A stretch of DNA of 64,000 nucleotides, from NCBI GenBank assembly GCA_045224215.1, contig JBGVAE010000093.1, positions 113 through 64,112 of the forward strand, written 5' to 3'. Shown here one piece after another: positions 26,257-36,295 of the stretch. Numbering within the stretch: the stretch's first letter is position 1; the number at the start of each line of letters is the position of its first letter. The position numbers were made by a program, and so were the translations under genes. Source of the DNA: Candidatus Cryptobacteroides sp. (GTDB lineage Bacteria > Bacteroidota > Bacteroidia > Bacteroidales > UBA932). Below the pieces are notes generated by a model that was not told where the DNA came from, ran no database searches, and saw only the letters and a list, made by a program, of their open reading frames with translations.

Positions 26257-29223
26257 TTAGAAGTTGAGTTTCACACCTGCCACAAAGGTACGCGGACGTG
26301 GATAGACGGTGCCGTCGATTCCTCCGTAGACCTCAGGGTCGATGCCTGAGTACTTGGTGAGAGTGCAGATGTTCTGGACCGTACCGAAGATGTTAAGCGA
26401 TGCATAACGGTTGGTGACGATCTGGAAAAGCTTAGGGAAGGTATAGCCCAGGGTGAAGTTGTCGAGCTTCAGGAATGAGCCATCCTCGAGATAGTAGTCA
26501 GACAGGTACTGGGCCTGGGTGAACATCGTACGCGGAGCCGATGAAACACGGTTGCTGACGAACTGGTTGGTCCAGAGGTCGGCGAGCATCTCGGTGTCGG
26601 AAGCCACGTTGTTGTAAACCCAGTTGCCGATGGAGGCGTGTCCCGAAAGGGCCGCAGTCCAGTTCTTGTAGTTGAACTTGGTGTTGAAACCGAAGGTGTA
26701 GTCAGCATCTGCATGATGGGACATGTACTTGTCGTCTGCAGTGATCTGGCCGTCGTTGTTGCGGTCCACATAGACGCCGTTCACAGGAGCTCCGTCCTCG
26801 TCGTAAACCTGCTGGTAGAGGTAGAAGGTACGCATCGGATAACCGACCTGGATCAGCTGGACGTTGTTTCCGGTACCTCCGGAGATTCCACCGGTCTCGA
26901 TGCCGGCTGCGTCCTCGTCGGAAGCGGTCAGCTTGGTGACCTTGTTCTGGTTGTAAGCCATGTTGACTCCGAAGGTCCAGCTCATGTCCTTCTTCTCGAT
27001 GAGGATGGAGTTGAGGTCGAGCTCGATACCCTTGTTGGTCATCGTACCGATGTTGGTGTTCAGGTAGTTGGTGAGGTTGGAAAGGCCAGGGACTGGGATG
27101 TAGTTGAGAATGTCGCGGGTGTCTCTCTTGTAAACGTCAGCGCTGAGGGTCAGGCGGTCACCGAACCAACCGAAGTCCATACCTGCATTGTAGGTAGTTG
27201 TGGTCTCCCACTTCAGGTCGGCGCTGTAACCCAGGGCCACGATAGGAGCCGAGTAGTCACTGCCGTTGACGAAGTAGTAAGAACCAGGAGTGTTGATGGT
27301 GAGGAACTGTGCGAAGGTGTCGTAGTAGCCTCCGACTTCCTGCTGACCGGTCTCTCCCCAGCTCAGACGGAGCTTCAAGGTCGAGAACAGGTCTGAGTTC
27401 TTCATGAACGGCTCATTCTTGATGTTCCAAGCGAAGGCCACTGAAGGGAAGATACCCCACTTGTGGTTCTGGAAGCGGGAGGTACCGTCGGCACGGAGGG
27501 TGGCGGTGATAAGGTAGCGGTCTGCGAAGCTGTAGTTCGCGCGGCCGAAGAAGGAGACGAGATAGAGCTCACCCTTGCCCTCGGTGTTGCTCAGCTCGAG
27601 ATTGTCGGAAATCCTGTAGCTGTAGTTGTGGCTGTTGCTCCAGAAGTGCTGCCAGGAATATCCTGCCATCAGGTCGATGTTGTGCAGGTCGGCGAAAGTC
27701 TTGTTGAAATCACCGTAGAATTCCAGGGTAGTATTGCGGCGGGTGTAGTCGTAGTCGGTGTGGGAACCGCCGCCTGACTGTGTCGTGTTGTGGTAAGAAG
27801 CCTCGGAACCCTTCGCGAGTTCGGAGACGCCGTCTGACTTAGCCCAGTCGATACCCAGATTGAGGTTGAACCTCAGGGCCTCGAAACCGTGGACCTTGTA
27901 GTCGAACTGGGTGTTACCGATGAAACGGTAGGAGTCCGCATAGTCGGTCTTCGCGTCAAGGAGGGCCACAGGGTTCATGGTAGCCATGGAGTTGATGTTG
28001 CCCGAAGCGTCGAACCAAGTGGTATAGCCATTCAGTCCGGCAGAGTCATAGACAGGCTTGGTAGGGTCGTAGTGATTGGCGGCTCCGATGGCATCCTGGT
28101 TTGCATAGAAGTTCTTCGCATAGACACCCTTTCCGTTAAGGTTGACGGTGAGGTGGTTGTCGAAGAAGGTCGGAGAAAGGTTGAGGGAAACGGTTCCCCT
28201 GTTCATCTTGGAACCCTTGAGGGTACCGTTCTGGCTCGTCAGGCCTCCGGAAACACGGTAAGGCAGGAAGCCGGCGCGTCCGTTGATGCTGACGTTTCCG
28301 TCATAGGTCTGGGCGGTGTGGTAGATCTGCTTCTGCCAGTCAGTGTTGTCGTTTCCGAGGGCAGCCTCTGCAGCTGAGTTGACTCCGTAGAAATCACGGA
28401 TCAGCGCACGGATGCCGTCAGCGTCGAGTACATCGTTGTACTTGGCGATGGTATTGGCAGATGCGGTGAAATCAACAGCGACCTGAGGGATCTTGGAAGC
28501 GGTCTTGGAGCCCTTCTTGGTGGTGATCACGATGACACCGTTGGACGCGCGGGAACCGTAGATGGCGGTTGCGGAAGCATCCTTGAGGACAGTGAAGCTC
28601 TCGATGTCTTCAGGGTTGATGGAAGAAAGAGGGTCGGACATACCGGAGATTCCGTCGTTGGAGACAGGCAGACCGTCGATGACGATCAGAGGGTCGTTGG
28701 AGGCGTTGATGGATGAACCACCACGGATCCTGATGGTAGCGCCTGAACCAGGCATACCGCTACCGGCAGTGACGACGACACCTGCGCTCTTGCCACGGAG
28801 GAGGTCCGCAGGAGAAGTGATGACACCCTTGTTGATCTCATCGGCCTTGACGGTAGCGATGGATCCGGTCATGTCACTCTTCTTCACGGTACCGTAACCG
28901 ATGACCACGACATCATCGAGGAACTCGGAGTCTTCGACGATGGTAAGGCTTGCAGGGACTGCAGAAGCCTTGAATGACTGTGTCGTGTAGCCGATGCAAC
29001 TGATGACAACAATCGCATCAGGACTGGAAACGTTGAGCATGTAGTCTCCGTCGAGTCCGGTCGAAGTACCGTTCGTAGTACCCTGTTCCATGACAGTGGC
29101 ACCGATCACGGGACCGGATGCGTCGACTACAACTCCTTTCACCAGATACCCGCTCTGAGCGGATACGGTAGTGCCGGCCAAGCCAAACAGCAAGGCCGCC
29201 ACAGCAGCTATAATCCTTTTCAT
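26257..29223 (-). CDS. susC: SusC/RagA family TonB-dependent transporter
   Basis: VVVIGYG, IRIRGGSS..NDPLIVIDG, INPEDIESFTVLKDASATAIYGSRASNGVIVITTKKG, LKWETTTTYNAG, C-terminal YPRPRTFVAGVKLNF. Start 29223 (ORF track 29253). Confidence 0.95.
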   Translation of the reverse strand: MKRIIAAVAALLFGLAGTTVSAQSGYLVKGVVVDASGPVIGATVMEQGTTNGTSTGLDGDYMLNVSSPDAIVVISCIGYTTQSFKASAVPASLTIVEDSEFLDDVVVIGYGTVKKSDMTGSIATVKADEINKGVITSPADLLRGKSAGVVVTAGSGMPGSGATIRIRGGSSINASNDPLIVIDGLPVSNDGISGMSDPLSSINPEDIESFTVLKDASATAIYGSRASNGVIVITTKKGSKTASKIPQVAVDFTASANTIAKYNDVLDADGIRALIRDFYGVNSAAEAALGNDNTDWQKQIYHTAQTYDGNVSINGRAGFLPYRVSGGLTSQNGTLKGSKMNRGTVSLNLSPTFFDNHLTVNLNGKGVYAKNFYANQDAIGAANHYDPTKPVYDSAGLNGYTTWFDASGNINSMATMNPVALLDAKTDYADSYRFIGNTQFDYKVHGFEALRFNLNLGIDWAKSDGVSELAKGSEASYHNTTQSGGGSHTDYDYTRRNTTLEFYGDFNKTFADLHNIDLMAGYSWQHFWSNSHNYSYRISDNLELSNTEGKGELYLVSFFGRANYSFADRYLITATLRADGTSRFQNHKWGIFPSVAFAWNIKNEPFMKNSDLFSTLKLRLSWGETGQQEVGGYYDTFAQFLTINTPGSYYFVNGSDYSAPIVALGYSADLKWETTTTYNAGMDFGWFGDRLTLSADVYKRDTRDILNYIPVPGLSNLTNYLNTNIGTMTNKGIELDLNSILIEKKDMSWTFGVNMAYNQNKVTKLTASDEDAAGIETGGISGGTGNNVQLIQVGYPMRTFYLYQQVYDEDGAPVNGVYVDRNNDGQITADDKYMSHHADADYTFGFNTKFNYKNWTAALSGHASIGNWVYNNVASDTEMLADLWTNQFVSNRVSSAPRTMFTQAQYLSDYYLEDGSFLKLDNFTLGYTFPKLFQIVTNRYASLNIFGTVQNICTLTKYSGIDPEVYGGIDGTVYPRPRTFVAGVKLNF

Positions 29224-29273
29224 TTGGAAATTTTGAATTGTTGGAATTTGCATTCTATATCTGTGTGTAATTA

Positions 29274-30617
29274 TTAAGCAGTTTTCTTCTCGGTCACGAA
29301 ATGGACGCTGAGGGCACCCAGGACAAGCAGGACACCTGCGATGATGAGCATGTTGGCCTGAATTCCGCCGACAGCCTTGAGGACAAGTCCTCCAAGGGCT
29401 GCAGCCACGATCTGTGGCAGGCAGATGGTGCAGTTGAACAGACCGAGATAGCTGCCCATGTGCTCGCCGTGGAGGGAATTGGTCAGCAGGGTGAACGGAA
29501 GCGCGAGCATTGCCGCCCAGGCCGCACCGATCATGAAGTAGGAAAGGAAGAGTACGTACTGGTTGTGTACGAAGGCAACGGATATGAAGCCCACGGCTCC
29601 GATGAGGAGACTCACTACATAGGCGAGTTTGAGGGACTTGAACTTAGGGATTACGATTGCCCAGAGGATGGAGCCCACGGCCTGCAGGGCGAAAACGACC
29701 CCTACCCAGTTGCCTGCTGCCTGATAACCGGCTGATGCTGTGTCTGTCGCATTCCAGCAGTTGGCAGCGATGGCTCCGTTGGAATATGTCCACATGTACA
29801 TGAACGCGGCCCAGCAGAAGAACTGCACGAGGCCTACCGTCCAGAAAGTCTTCGGAGCATGGAGCAGGAGTTTGAAGAGGCCCGGCTTGCCGGCCGCCTT
29901 CTCTTCTTCCTGCTGCTTCTGAAGGTCTATTCCGTGGAATTCCGCATATTCCTGAGGATTCATTTCCTTGACTTTCAGGAAAGTGTAGAGCACGCATAGG
30001 ATGAGGATGGCTGCTCCGCAGTAGAAACTCCAGATCACGGATGGAGGGATCTGACCCTTAGGGGCGGTGTTGGCTATTCCTATCCATGTGAAGAAGATCG
30101 GGAAGAGATAGCCAACGAGGCTCCCTGCGTTGCAAAGGAGCGACTGGAGGGAATATGCCTCAGCCTTCTGCTCTTCGCTCACCATGTCGCCCACCATCAT
30201 CTTGAAAGGCTGCATCGCTACGTTGATGGAGGTGTCCAGGAATATCAGTGAGAACAGCCCGAACCACATCGCGCCGTTGAGGCCCAGCATCAGCCTGTCG
30301 GAGAAATTAAGGTTCCCAGCATTTGGAAGGAATATCATCACCAGCACTGCAACGATGGCGCCGACCAGCAGATAAGGCTTCCTGCGGCCCATCTTGCACC
30401 AGGTCCTGTCGGAATATTTTCCAATCAAAGGCTGGACGATCATTCCCATGAGAGGAGGGAGTATCCAGAAGAAACTCAGCTGGTGCGGATCGGCGCCCAG
30501 GGTCGCGAAAATCCTGCTTATGTTTGCGCTCTGGAGGGCGTATGCTATCTGCACGCCGAAGAACCCGAAACTCAGGTTCCACATATCCCAGAAAGATAAT
30601 TTACGTTTGTCCTGCAT
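29274..30617 (-). CDS. MFS sugar transporter (maltose/sucrose-type, SLC45-like)
   Basis: WNLSFGFFGVQIAYALQ, QPLIGKYSDRT..GRRKPY, DTSINVAMQPF, MGSYLGLFN..ICLPQI; first gene of the sus operon. Confidence 0.88.
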   Translation of the reverse strand: MQDKRKLSFWDMWNLSFGFFGVQIAYALQSANISRIFATLGADPHQLSFFWILPPLMGMIVQPLIGKYSDRTWCKMGRRKPYLLVGAIVAVLVMIFLPNAGNLNFSDRLMLGLNGAMWFGLFSLIFLDTSINVAMQPFKMMVGDMVSEEQKAEAYSLQSLLCNAGSLVGYLFPIFFTWIGIANTAPKGQIPPSVIWSFYCGAAILILCVLYTFLKVKEMNPQEYAEFHGIDLQKQQEEEKAAGKPGLFKLLLHAPKTFWTVGLVQFFCWAAFMYMWTYSNGAIAANCWNATDTASAGYQAAGNWVGVVFALQAVGSILWAIVIPKFKSLKLAYVVSLLIGAVGFISVAFVHNQYVLFLSYFMIGAAWAAMLALPFTLLTNSLHGEHMGSYLGLFNCTICLPQIVAAALGGLVLKAVGGIQANMLIIAGVLLVLGALSVHFVTEKKTA

Positions 30618-30652
30618 TATGAGGTTATGAGTTTTAAATGCTGTTAATCGTT

Positions 30653-30660
30653 CAAAATTA
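30653..30660 (-). promoter_or_regulatory. -7 promoter box (TAATTTTG) of the MFS-sus operon
   Basis: CAAAATTA on + reads TAATTTTG on -, 36 nt upstream of the MFS ATG. No good TTTG -33 box seen. Confidence 0.65.
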
Positions 30661-30692
30661 GCAAATCAATATTAATTAAATAACGCGCGCAC

Positions 30693-30740
30693 GACGAAAG
30701 GCACGGAAACCCGGACGAATTGCGAGGTTTTAATGACGAA
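30693..30740. promoter_or_regulatory. Three GACGAA direct repeats at 21-bp period (candidate LytTR binding array)
   Basis: GACGAA at 30693, 30714 and 30735, immediately upstream of a LytS/LytTR operon. Confidence 0.65.
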
Positions 30741-30783
30741 CTGAAAGATATTTTTCTTAACTTGCGATGATTCGGAACCTGAC

Positions 30784-32160
30784 ATGAAACAAATCCGTAC
30801 ATCCAGCATAATCCACGGATTCGCACTGCTTCACTTCGCTGCGGCCGCTCTGTGCCGCCTCTGCAACGTCGAAGACGAACTGGTGCTGACCACTCTGACC
30901 ATAATCCTCTCCGTCATCCTCTGCTTCCGGTACAGGCAGAGCATGGAATTCTCGGCCATCGTCATCATCATCGCGAACATTTTCGGATTCCTCCTGGGTA
31001 ACGGAACGGCATACATCGTGAAGCTCATAACCAGCCACCCTATCCTCTATCCGGCGATAGCCACTTTCCTGACCACTGAGATCATGGGCTGGGCCCTCGT
31101 AGGCTTCATGAACCATTATATCGGCAGAGGGGCGGACGACCGAAGTGCCGGAAACGTAGAAAAGACCTGGCTTGTAATAGCCATTGCCCTGATACTTCTT
31201 ATCCGAGTGATAATCAGGCTTTTCAAGTCCACTCTTTTCTCAGGGGGCTCAATGACAGAAGCCCTCGTGGATTTCTCGGGTAATTCCATCGCCCTGCTGT
31301 TCATGGTCTGCATCACGATATTCTTCATATCTTTCAGGAAGAATCACCCGCAAGCCTCCCCGCACATTCTGAAAAGTATCGGCGACGCCGTCCTTTTCTT
31401 CATCCTGACATCAAGCCTCTCAGCTTTGATAGTCGGTTACAGTTTCCCGTTCCACCTGGACAAAGGCCTGACGGCAAGGCACTACATGGAGCTGCTTCTG
31501 GTCGCCTTAATATGCGAAGCTTTGATATATTCTATCATATATATGATTGAATATGCCATTACGGCCAGAAGGAAGGCTGAAAATGAGAAGAGCAGGGCCG
31601 ACCTTGCCAAGTTCCAGTACCTCAACCTGAAGCAGCAGGTCAATCCGCATTTCCTATTCAATTCCCTGAACATCCTGGATGCACTTGTTCTGGATGGGAA
31701 AGACCAGGAAGCCAGCACATACATCCACAAACTCGCCGGGTTGTACCGATACATGCTGAAGAACGAGGAAGAGGCCACGGTCTCCCTCAGGGATGAGATG
31801 ACTTATGTGGATATGTACAGCGACTTGCTGAAAGTGCGCTTCCAGGAGGGTTTCGTCCTGGATTCAGCCGTCCGGGAAGAGGATATGGCGAGATATGTCA
31901 TTCCTTGTTCGATCCAGCTGCTCATCGAAAACGCCACCAAGCATAATGCTGTGTCCCCTGAAAGGCCACTGTACGTCAGGATAACCTCCGACGGGGAGAG
32001 CGTGACCGTGACAAACAACCTCATCCCGAGAGTCACGAAATCCCAGTCCAGCGGGCTGGGGCTCAACTATATACGAAAGCAATACATGGAACGGTCCGGT
32101 AAGGGAATAGAGATAGAAAAGACCGAAGGGGCCTATACAGTTAAACTTCCGCTGCTATGA
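30784..32160 (+). CDS. LytS-type sensor histidine kinase, polytopic membrane sensor
   Basis: LKQQVNPHFLFNSLN H-box, SLRDEM, IQLLIENATKHN, SSGLGLNYI; about 9 hydrophobic segments in the N-terminal region. Confidence 0.92.
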   Translation: MKQIRTSSIIHGFALLHFAAAALCRLCNVEDELVLTTLTIILSVILCFRYRQSMEFSAIVIIIANIFGFLLGNGTAYIVKLITSHPILYPAIATFLTTEIMGWALVGFMNHYIGRGADDRSAGNVEKTWLVIAIALILLIRVIIRLFKSTLFSGGSMTEALVDFSGNSIALLFMVCITIFFISFRKNHPQASPHILKSIGDAVLFFILTSSLSALIVGYSFPFHLDKGLTARHYMELLLVALICEALIYSIIYMIEYAITARRKAENEKSRADLAKFQYLNLKQQVNPHFLFNSLNILDALVLDGKDQEASTYIHKLAGLYRYMLKNEEEATVSLRDEMTYVDMYSDLLKVRFQEGFVLDSAVREEDMARYVIPCSIQLLIENATKHNAVSPERPLYVRITSDGESVTVTNNLIPRVTKSQSSGLGLNYIRKQYMERSGKGIEIEKTEGAYTVKLPLL

Positions 32161-32930
32161 GAGTATTGATCATCGAAGACGAGACCATGGCCCGCAGGAG
32201 CCTGGAAAAGATCCTGGAGAACAACTTTCCCGACATCGCGATAGTCGGGGAATGTGGTTCCGTCAAGGATTCAGTGGAATGGTTGAGAGAGAATCCAGGA
32301 AAAGCTGATGTGATTTTCATGGATGTGGAACTCTCGGATGGAGAGTGTTTCGAGATATTCCGGAAAGTGGAGGTCAAGTCGCATGTGGTGATGACAACTG
32401 CCTATGACAATTATGCCGTCAAGGCCTTCGAGGCAGGGAGCGTGGATTATCTGCTGAAACCGATCGACATAGGTCCGCTCAAGAGAGCCATGGAACGTTG
32501 CAGGACTGTTCCGGCAAGCCTGGATGTGGAAAGGATCCTTGGGGCATTGGCTTCGGAGCAGCATAAGAACGGGTACAAAGAGCGTTTCCTGGTGCATTTC
32601 AACGACAGGATCGTCCCTATAAAAGCGGATGAGATAGCCTTTTTCTATTCGGAGGACAAGAACAACCACGTCGTCACCCACGAAGGGTCGGTGTACATCG
32701 TGGACAATACGATGGACAGCCTGATGACCGGACTCGATCCGGAAAGGTTCTTCAAGATATCGAGAAGCTGCATATTCTCGAAAGACGCTATCGACAGCGT
32801 GACGAAACTTATGGGAGGACGTCTCAGGATAACGCCGAAGACAATAATGACGTTGGACAGAGGATCGGCTCCTGACCTCACCGTAAGCCGGTCAAGGTCA
32901 GAGGAATTCCTGGAGTGGCTGGAAGGATAA
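32157..32930 (+). CDS. LytTR family response regulator
   Basis: IIEDE, DVIFMDVEL, TTAYDNYA, DYLLKP receiver motifs; FFKISRSCI and VSRSR LytTR motifs; ATGA overlap with the kinase. Confidence 0.93.
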   Translation: MRVLIIEDETMARRSLEKILENNFPDIAIVGECGSVKDSVEWLRENPGKADVIFMDVELSDGECFEIFRKVEVKSHVVMTTAYDNYAVKAFEAGSVDYLLKPIDIGPLKRAMERCRTVPASLDVERILGALASEQHKNGYKERFLVHFNDRIVPIKADEIAFFYSEDKNNHVVTHEGSVYIVDNTMDSLMTGLDPERFFKISRSCIFSKDAIDSVTKLMGGRLRITPKTIMTLDRGSAPDLTVSRSRSEEFLEWLEG

Positions 32931-32933
32931 GTA

Positions 32934-33467
32934 TCAGAGCAAGCCGAGACGGTAATGCCAGAGAATCACTCCGACGCAGACGGAAATATTCAGGGAGTGC
33001 TTGGTGCCGTACTGAGGGACCTCGATGGAAAAATCTGACATATCCACAACCTCCTGGCTCACACCATCGACTTCATTGCCGAAGACGAAGGCATATTTCT
33101 TTCCATCCTCAGGAGAGTATTTTTCAAGGCTCAACGAATTGACTGTCTGCTCAATGCTGACAATGGTATAGCCCTTTGAGCGCAGCCTTTCCAGAGCTTC
33201 CTCAGTATCGCCTACATATTCCCAAGGGACAGACTCTTCAGCACCGAGGCCGGTCTTGTGGATTTCTGCAGACGGTGGCACGGCACAAATACCGCAGAGC
33301 CAGACCTTGTCGATGCCGAAGGAATCGCACGTCCTGAAAACAGAGCCGACATTGTGGGCGCTGCGGATATTGTCAAGCACGACAACGGCCCCTGTTTCCG
33401 GCCTCAGACGGTACTCTTCAGGGGTCATCCTGCCCAGTTCTATATTCAATAGTTTCCGGTCCTTCAC
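32934..33467 (-). CDS. SpoU/TrmH family RNA methyltransferase
   Basis: VVLDNIRSAHNVGSVFRT, FVFGNEVDGV, IEVPQYGTKHSLNISV. GTG start 33467 inferred from the -7 box at 33489-33496 (ORF track 33500). Confidence 0.9.
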   Translation of the reverse strand: MKDRKLLNIELGRMTPEEYRLRPETGAVVVLDNIRSAHNVGSVFRTCDSFGIDKVWLCGICAVPPSAEIHKTGLGAEESVPWEYVGDTEEALERLRSKGYTIVSIEQTVNSLSLEKYSPEDGKKYAFVFGNEVDGVSQEVVDMSDFSIEVPQYGTKHSLNISVCVGVILWHYRLGLL

Positions 33468-33571
33468 TTGTTCAACCTTTTGTTGAGACAAATATAGCAA
33501 AAATGGTTTTTTAATCTTATCTTTGCTTTCGTGTTCGGAATTGATCCGAATGACGACTAACTGCAGAATTT

Positions 33572-34900
33572 ATGAAACAAGACCTCCAGATTTTCGATCT
33601 GATTAGAAATGAAAGGGAAAGGCAATCTTCCGGACTTGAACTGATTGCATCAGAGAACTATGTAAGTGACAACGTTCTCGAAGCCATGGGCTCCATCTGC
33701 ACGAACAAGTATGCAGAAGGCTATCCTGGCAAGAGATATTATGGCGGCTGCCAGATCGTTGACCAGATCGAGCAACTGGCCATCGACCGTATCTGCAAGA
33801 TTTACGATGCGGAATACGCCAATGTCCAGCCTCATTCAGGAGCACAGGCCAACATGGCCGTGATCATGGCTTGCCTGAAGCCAGGAGATACCTTCATGGG
33901 ACTCGATCTCTCACAGGGAGGACACCTCACACATGGTTCACCTGTCAATGCATCCGGAATCCTCTACCACGCTGTAGCCTATGGCCTGAACGAGGAGACC
34001 GGAATGATCGACTACGACAAGATGGAGGAAACCGCTCTCGAATGCAAGCCGAAACTCATCATCGGTGGCGCTTCAGCTTATTCCCGCGAATGGGATTATG
34101 AGAGGATGCGTGAGATTGCCGACAAGGTCGGAGCATTGCTCTGGATCGACATGGCTCATACAGCCGGTCTGATCGCCGCCGGTCTTCTTAAGAATCCTGT
34201 AAAGTACGCTCATATCGTCACTTCCACGACTCACAAGACCCTGCGCGGACCACGCGGAGGTATCATCCTCATCGGCAAGGATTTCGACAATCCATGGGGG
34301 CTCAAGACTCCGAAGGGCGAAATCAAGAAGATGAGCGCCATCATCAACTCAAGCGTCTTCCCTGGCGTCCAGGGTGGTCCTCTCGAGCATGTTATCGCTG
34401 CCAAGGCTGTGGCATTCTACGAGGCAATGCAGCCTGAGTTCGTAGATTACCAGAAACAGGTCATGTCCAATGCGAAGACCATGGCTAATGCTTTCATCGA
34501 GAAGGGTTACAAAGTCGTTTCCGGAGGTACTGACAACCATCTGATGCTGATCGACCTCAGGACCAAGTTCCCTGATGTAACCGGAAGGATGGCTGAGAAA
34601 GAGCTCGAGAAAGCCGAAATCACCATCAACAAGAACATGGTACCTTTCGATTCGAGAACGCCATTCAAGACATCCGGCCTGAGGATTGGAACTCCTGCAG
34701 TCACTTCACGCGGATTCGTCGAGAAAGACATGCTGGACATCGTCGAACTGATCGACACGGTCCTCACTGCAGTTGCCAAGTATGCAGATGTAGTGAACGG
34801 TGTCACCGAGGAGGGTAAGGATGAATATGAGAAGGTCCTGGAGACTGTAAGGCACAAGGTACACAACATGACTGCCGGAAGGCCTCTCAACAGGTACTAG
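33572..34900 (+). CDS. glyA: Serine hydroxymethyltransferase
   Basis: [55 protein letters not shown]. Confidence 0.98.
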   Translation: MKQDLQIFDLIRNERERQSSGLELIASENYVSDNVLEAMGSICTNKYAEGYPGKRYYGGCQIVDQIEQLAIDRICKIYDAEYANVQPHSGAQANMAVIMACLKPGDTFMGLDLSQGGHLTHGSPVNASGILYHAVAYGLNEETGMIDYDKMEETALECKPKLIIGGASAYSREWDYERMREIADKVGALLWIDMAHTAGLIAAGLLKNPVKYAHIVTSTTHKTLRGPRGGIILIGKDFDNPWGLKTPKGEIKKMSAIINSSVFPGVQGGPLEHVIAAKAVAFYEAMQPEFVDYQKQVMSNAKTMANAFIEKGYKVVSGGTDNHLMLIDLRTKFPDVTGRMAEKELEKAEITINKNMVPFDSRTPFKTSGLRIGTPAVTSRGFVEKDMLDIVELIDTVLTAVAKYADVVNGVTEEGKDEYEKVLETVRHKVHNMTAGRPLNRY

Positions 34901-34946
34901 CCGATTCAGGAATATCAGCAATTATTCTCCGAAATCAGAGAAAAAT

Positions 34947-34975
34947 AGAGGTCGATCCGGAATGGGTCGACCTCT
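34947..34975 (-). terminator. Intrinsic terminator hairpin between convergent glyA and ompA
   Basis: AGAGGTCGATCC-GGAAT-GGGTCGACCTCT; T-run follows on the minus strand. Confidence 0.8.
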
Positions 34976-34999
34976 CATATTATGAGACTGTAGGTAGTC

Positions 35000-36202
35000 T
35001 TAGTTGTTCTTTCCGGAATTGATCAACCAGTTCCAGTAGTCCATGTTGCTGATACGCTCGATGACAACCTTACGATCGCCACGGCGGATGTCATGAGACT
35101 CGCCGTAAGGAACTGTGGTAGCCTTCTTGCCGAAGCCGTACCAGTAGATCTGGCTCTTTGCGACTCCCCTGTCTACGAGAGCATCGTAAACTGCCTTTGC
35201 ACGACGGCGGGAAAGGTCGATGTTGTAGTCGTATCCGCCACGTACATCGGTGTAACCGGCGATGAGGAAGTGCTGGTTAGGATAGTTCTTGAGGACGGTA
35301 GCTACAGTGTCGAGAACTTCCTGGGACTGCTGGGTGAGGACATCCTTGTCGAAATCGAAGGTAACATTGTCAAGCATGACAGTAAGGAGCTTGTCAGGAC
35401 CCTGGACCTCGACTGTGTCGTGGACTTCCTTGATGACCTCTACCGGCTTGTCGATGTAAGTTACGACAGGAGCAGGGAGGACAGAGCTGAAGCGGTTGAA
35501 ATTGGTCCTTCCAAGATTCAGGATAAGGCCTGCGGTGATGGACGGCATGAATGCGAAAATGTCGTTCTCGCCAACCCAAGGGGAAACCTCGAGAACCTCG
35601 TTACGGATGCTGAGGACGCTGAGGTCCAAGCTGAGGCTGAGCCTGTTGCAAAGACGGAATGTGTTCAGGATTCCGGCAGCGGCGCCCCACTCGTCATTAA
35701 CCTCGTCATAGCCCTCGCGGTCCTTGTAGGAAGGATCCTTGAGACCTACCCAGCCGGCTCCGATGTAAGGAACCACATTCCAGAAACGGGTCTCCTTGTA
35801 ACCGAACAAGGTGTTCGTGATGTTCCAGAGGAGATCGGTATGGATGTACTGGAAATAATCGAAGTTACCGTTACCATTGTCGATAAGGGTAGTGTGGCCG
35901 CTCTTAAGGTCAAAAGAGTTGTTGAGACCATGGAAACCTACGCGGAAACCGACGGCTGGAGTGAACCACTTGCCGAAATGGATATCGATTGCAGGGCCTC
36001 CGAAGCTGAACTTCGTCTCCTTGGAAACGGTGAAGTTAGCACCACCGGCTGCTCCAACGAACCAATTGTCCCAGAATCCATTGGTAAGATAAGGACCCCT
36101 AACGACAGCACCGTTCTCGTCACGGTTGTTGTCTTCCTGAGCGTACGCTGAAGTGATGGCTACTAGCGCAATCGCTACGATACTTAAGATCTTTTTCATC
36201 AA
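35000..36202 (-). CDS. OmpA family outer-membrane protein (beta-barrel + peptidoglycan-binding domain)
   Basis: Signal peptide; Bacteroidales OmpA-type N-terminus FWDNWFVG; FDFDKD, IAGYTD, NIDLSRRRAKAV, DRKV. Confidence 0.9.
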   Translation of the reverse strand: MMKKILSIVAIALVAITSAYAQEDNNRDENGAVVRGPYLTNGFWDNWFVGAAGGANFTVSKETKFSFGGPAIDIHFGKWFTPAVGFRVGFHGLNNSFDLKSGHTTLIDNGNGNFDYFQYIHTDLLWNITNTLFGYKETRFWNVVPYIGAGWVGLKDPSYKDREGYDEVNDEWGAAAGILNTFRLCNRLSLSLDLSVLSIRNEVLEVSPWVGENDIFAFMPSITAGLILNLGRTNFNRFSSVLPAPVVTYIDKPVEVIKEVHDTVEVQGPDKLLTVMLDNVTFDFDKDVLTQQSQEVLDTVATVLKNYPNQHFLIAGYTDVRGGYDYNIDLSRRRAKAVYDALVDRGVAKSQIYWYGFGKKATTVPYGESHDIRRGDRKVVIERISNMDYWNWLINSGKNN

Positions 36203-36295
36203 TTAACTGATATTTTTTATTACAAATAAATATCTATACAAGTGCCAATTATACGATAAATGGTACAACGGGCAAATATAGACATTTAATTTGAA

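Noticed and set aside
30642-30657. LacI-type operator (TGTTAATCGTTCAAAA) at the sus transcription start
   Set aside because: Only 4 of 7 arm positions are symmetric and no LacI gene is in the window; kept only as a weak alternative to LytTR control.
33526-33571. Riboswitch (e.g. ZTP) in the glyA leader; small TTCGGA/TCCGAA hairpin at 33534-33550
   Set aside because: The leader is only about 40 nt and lacks recognisable aptamer elements.
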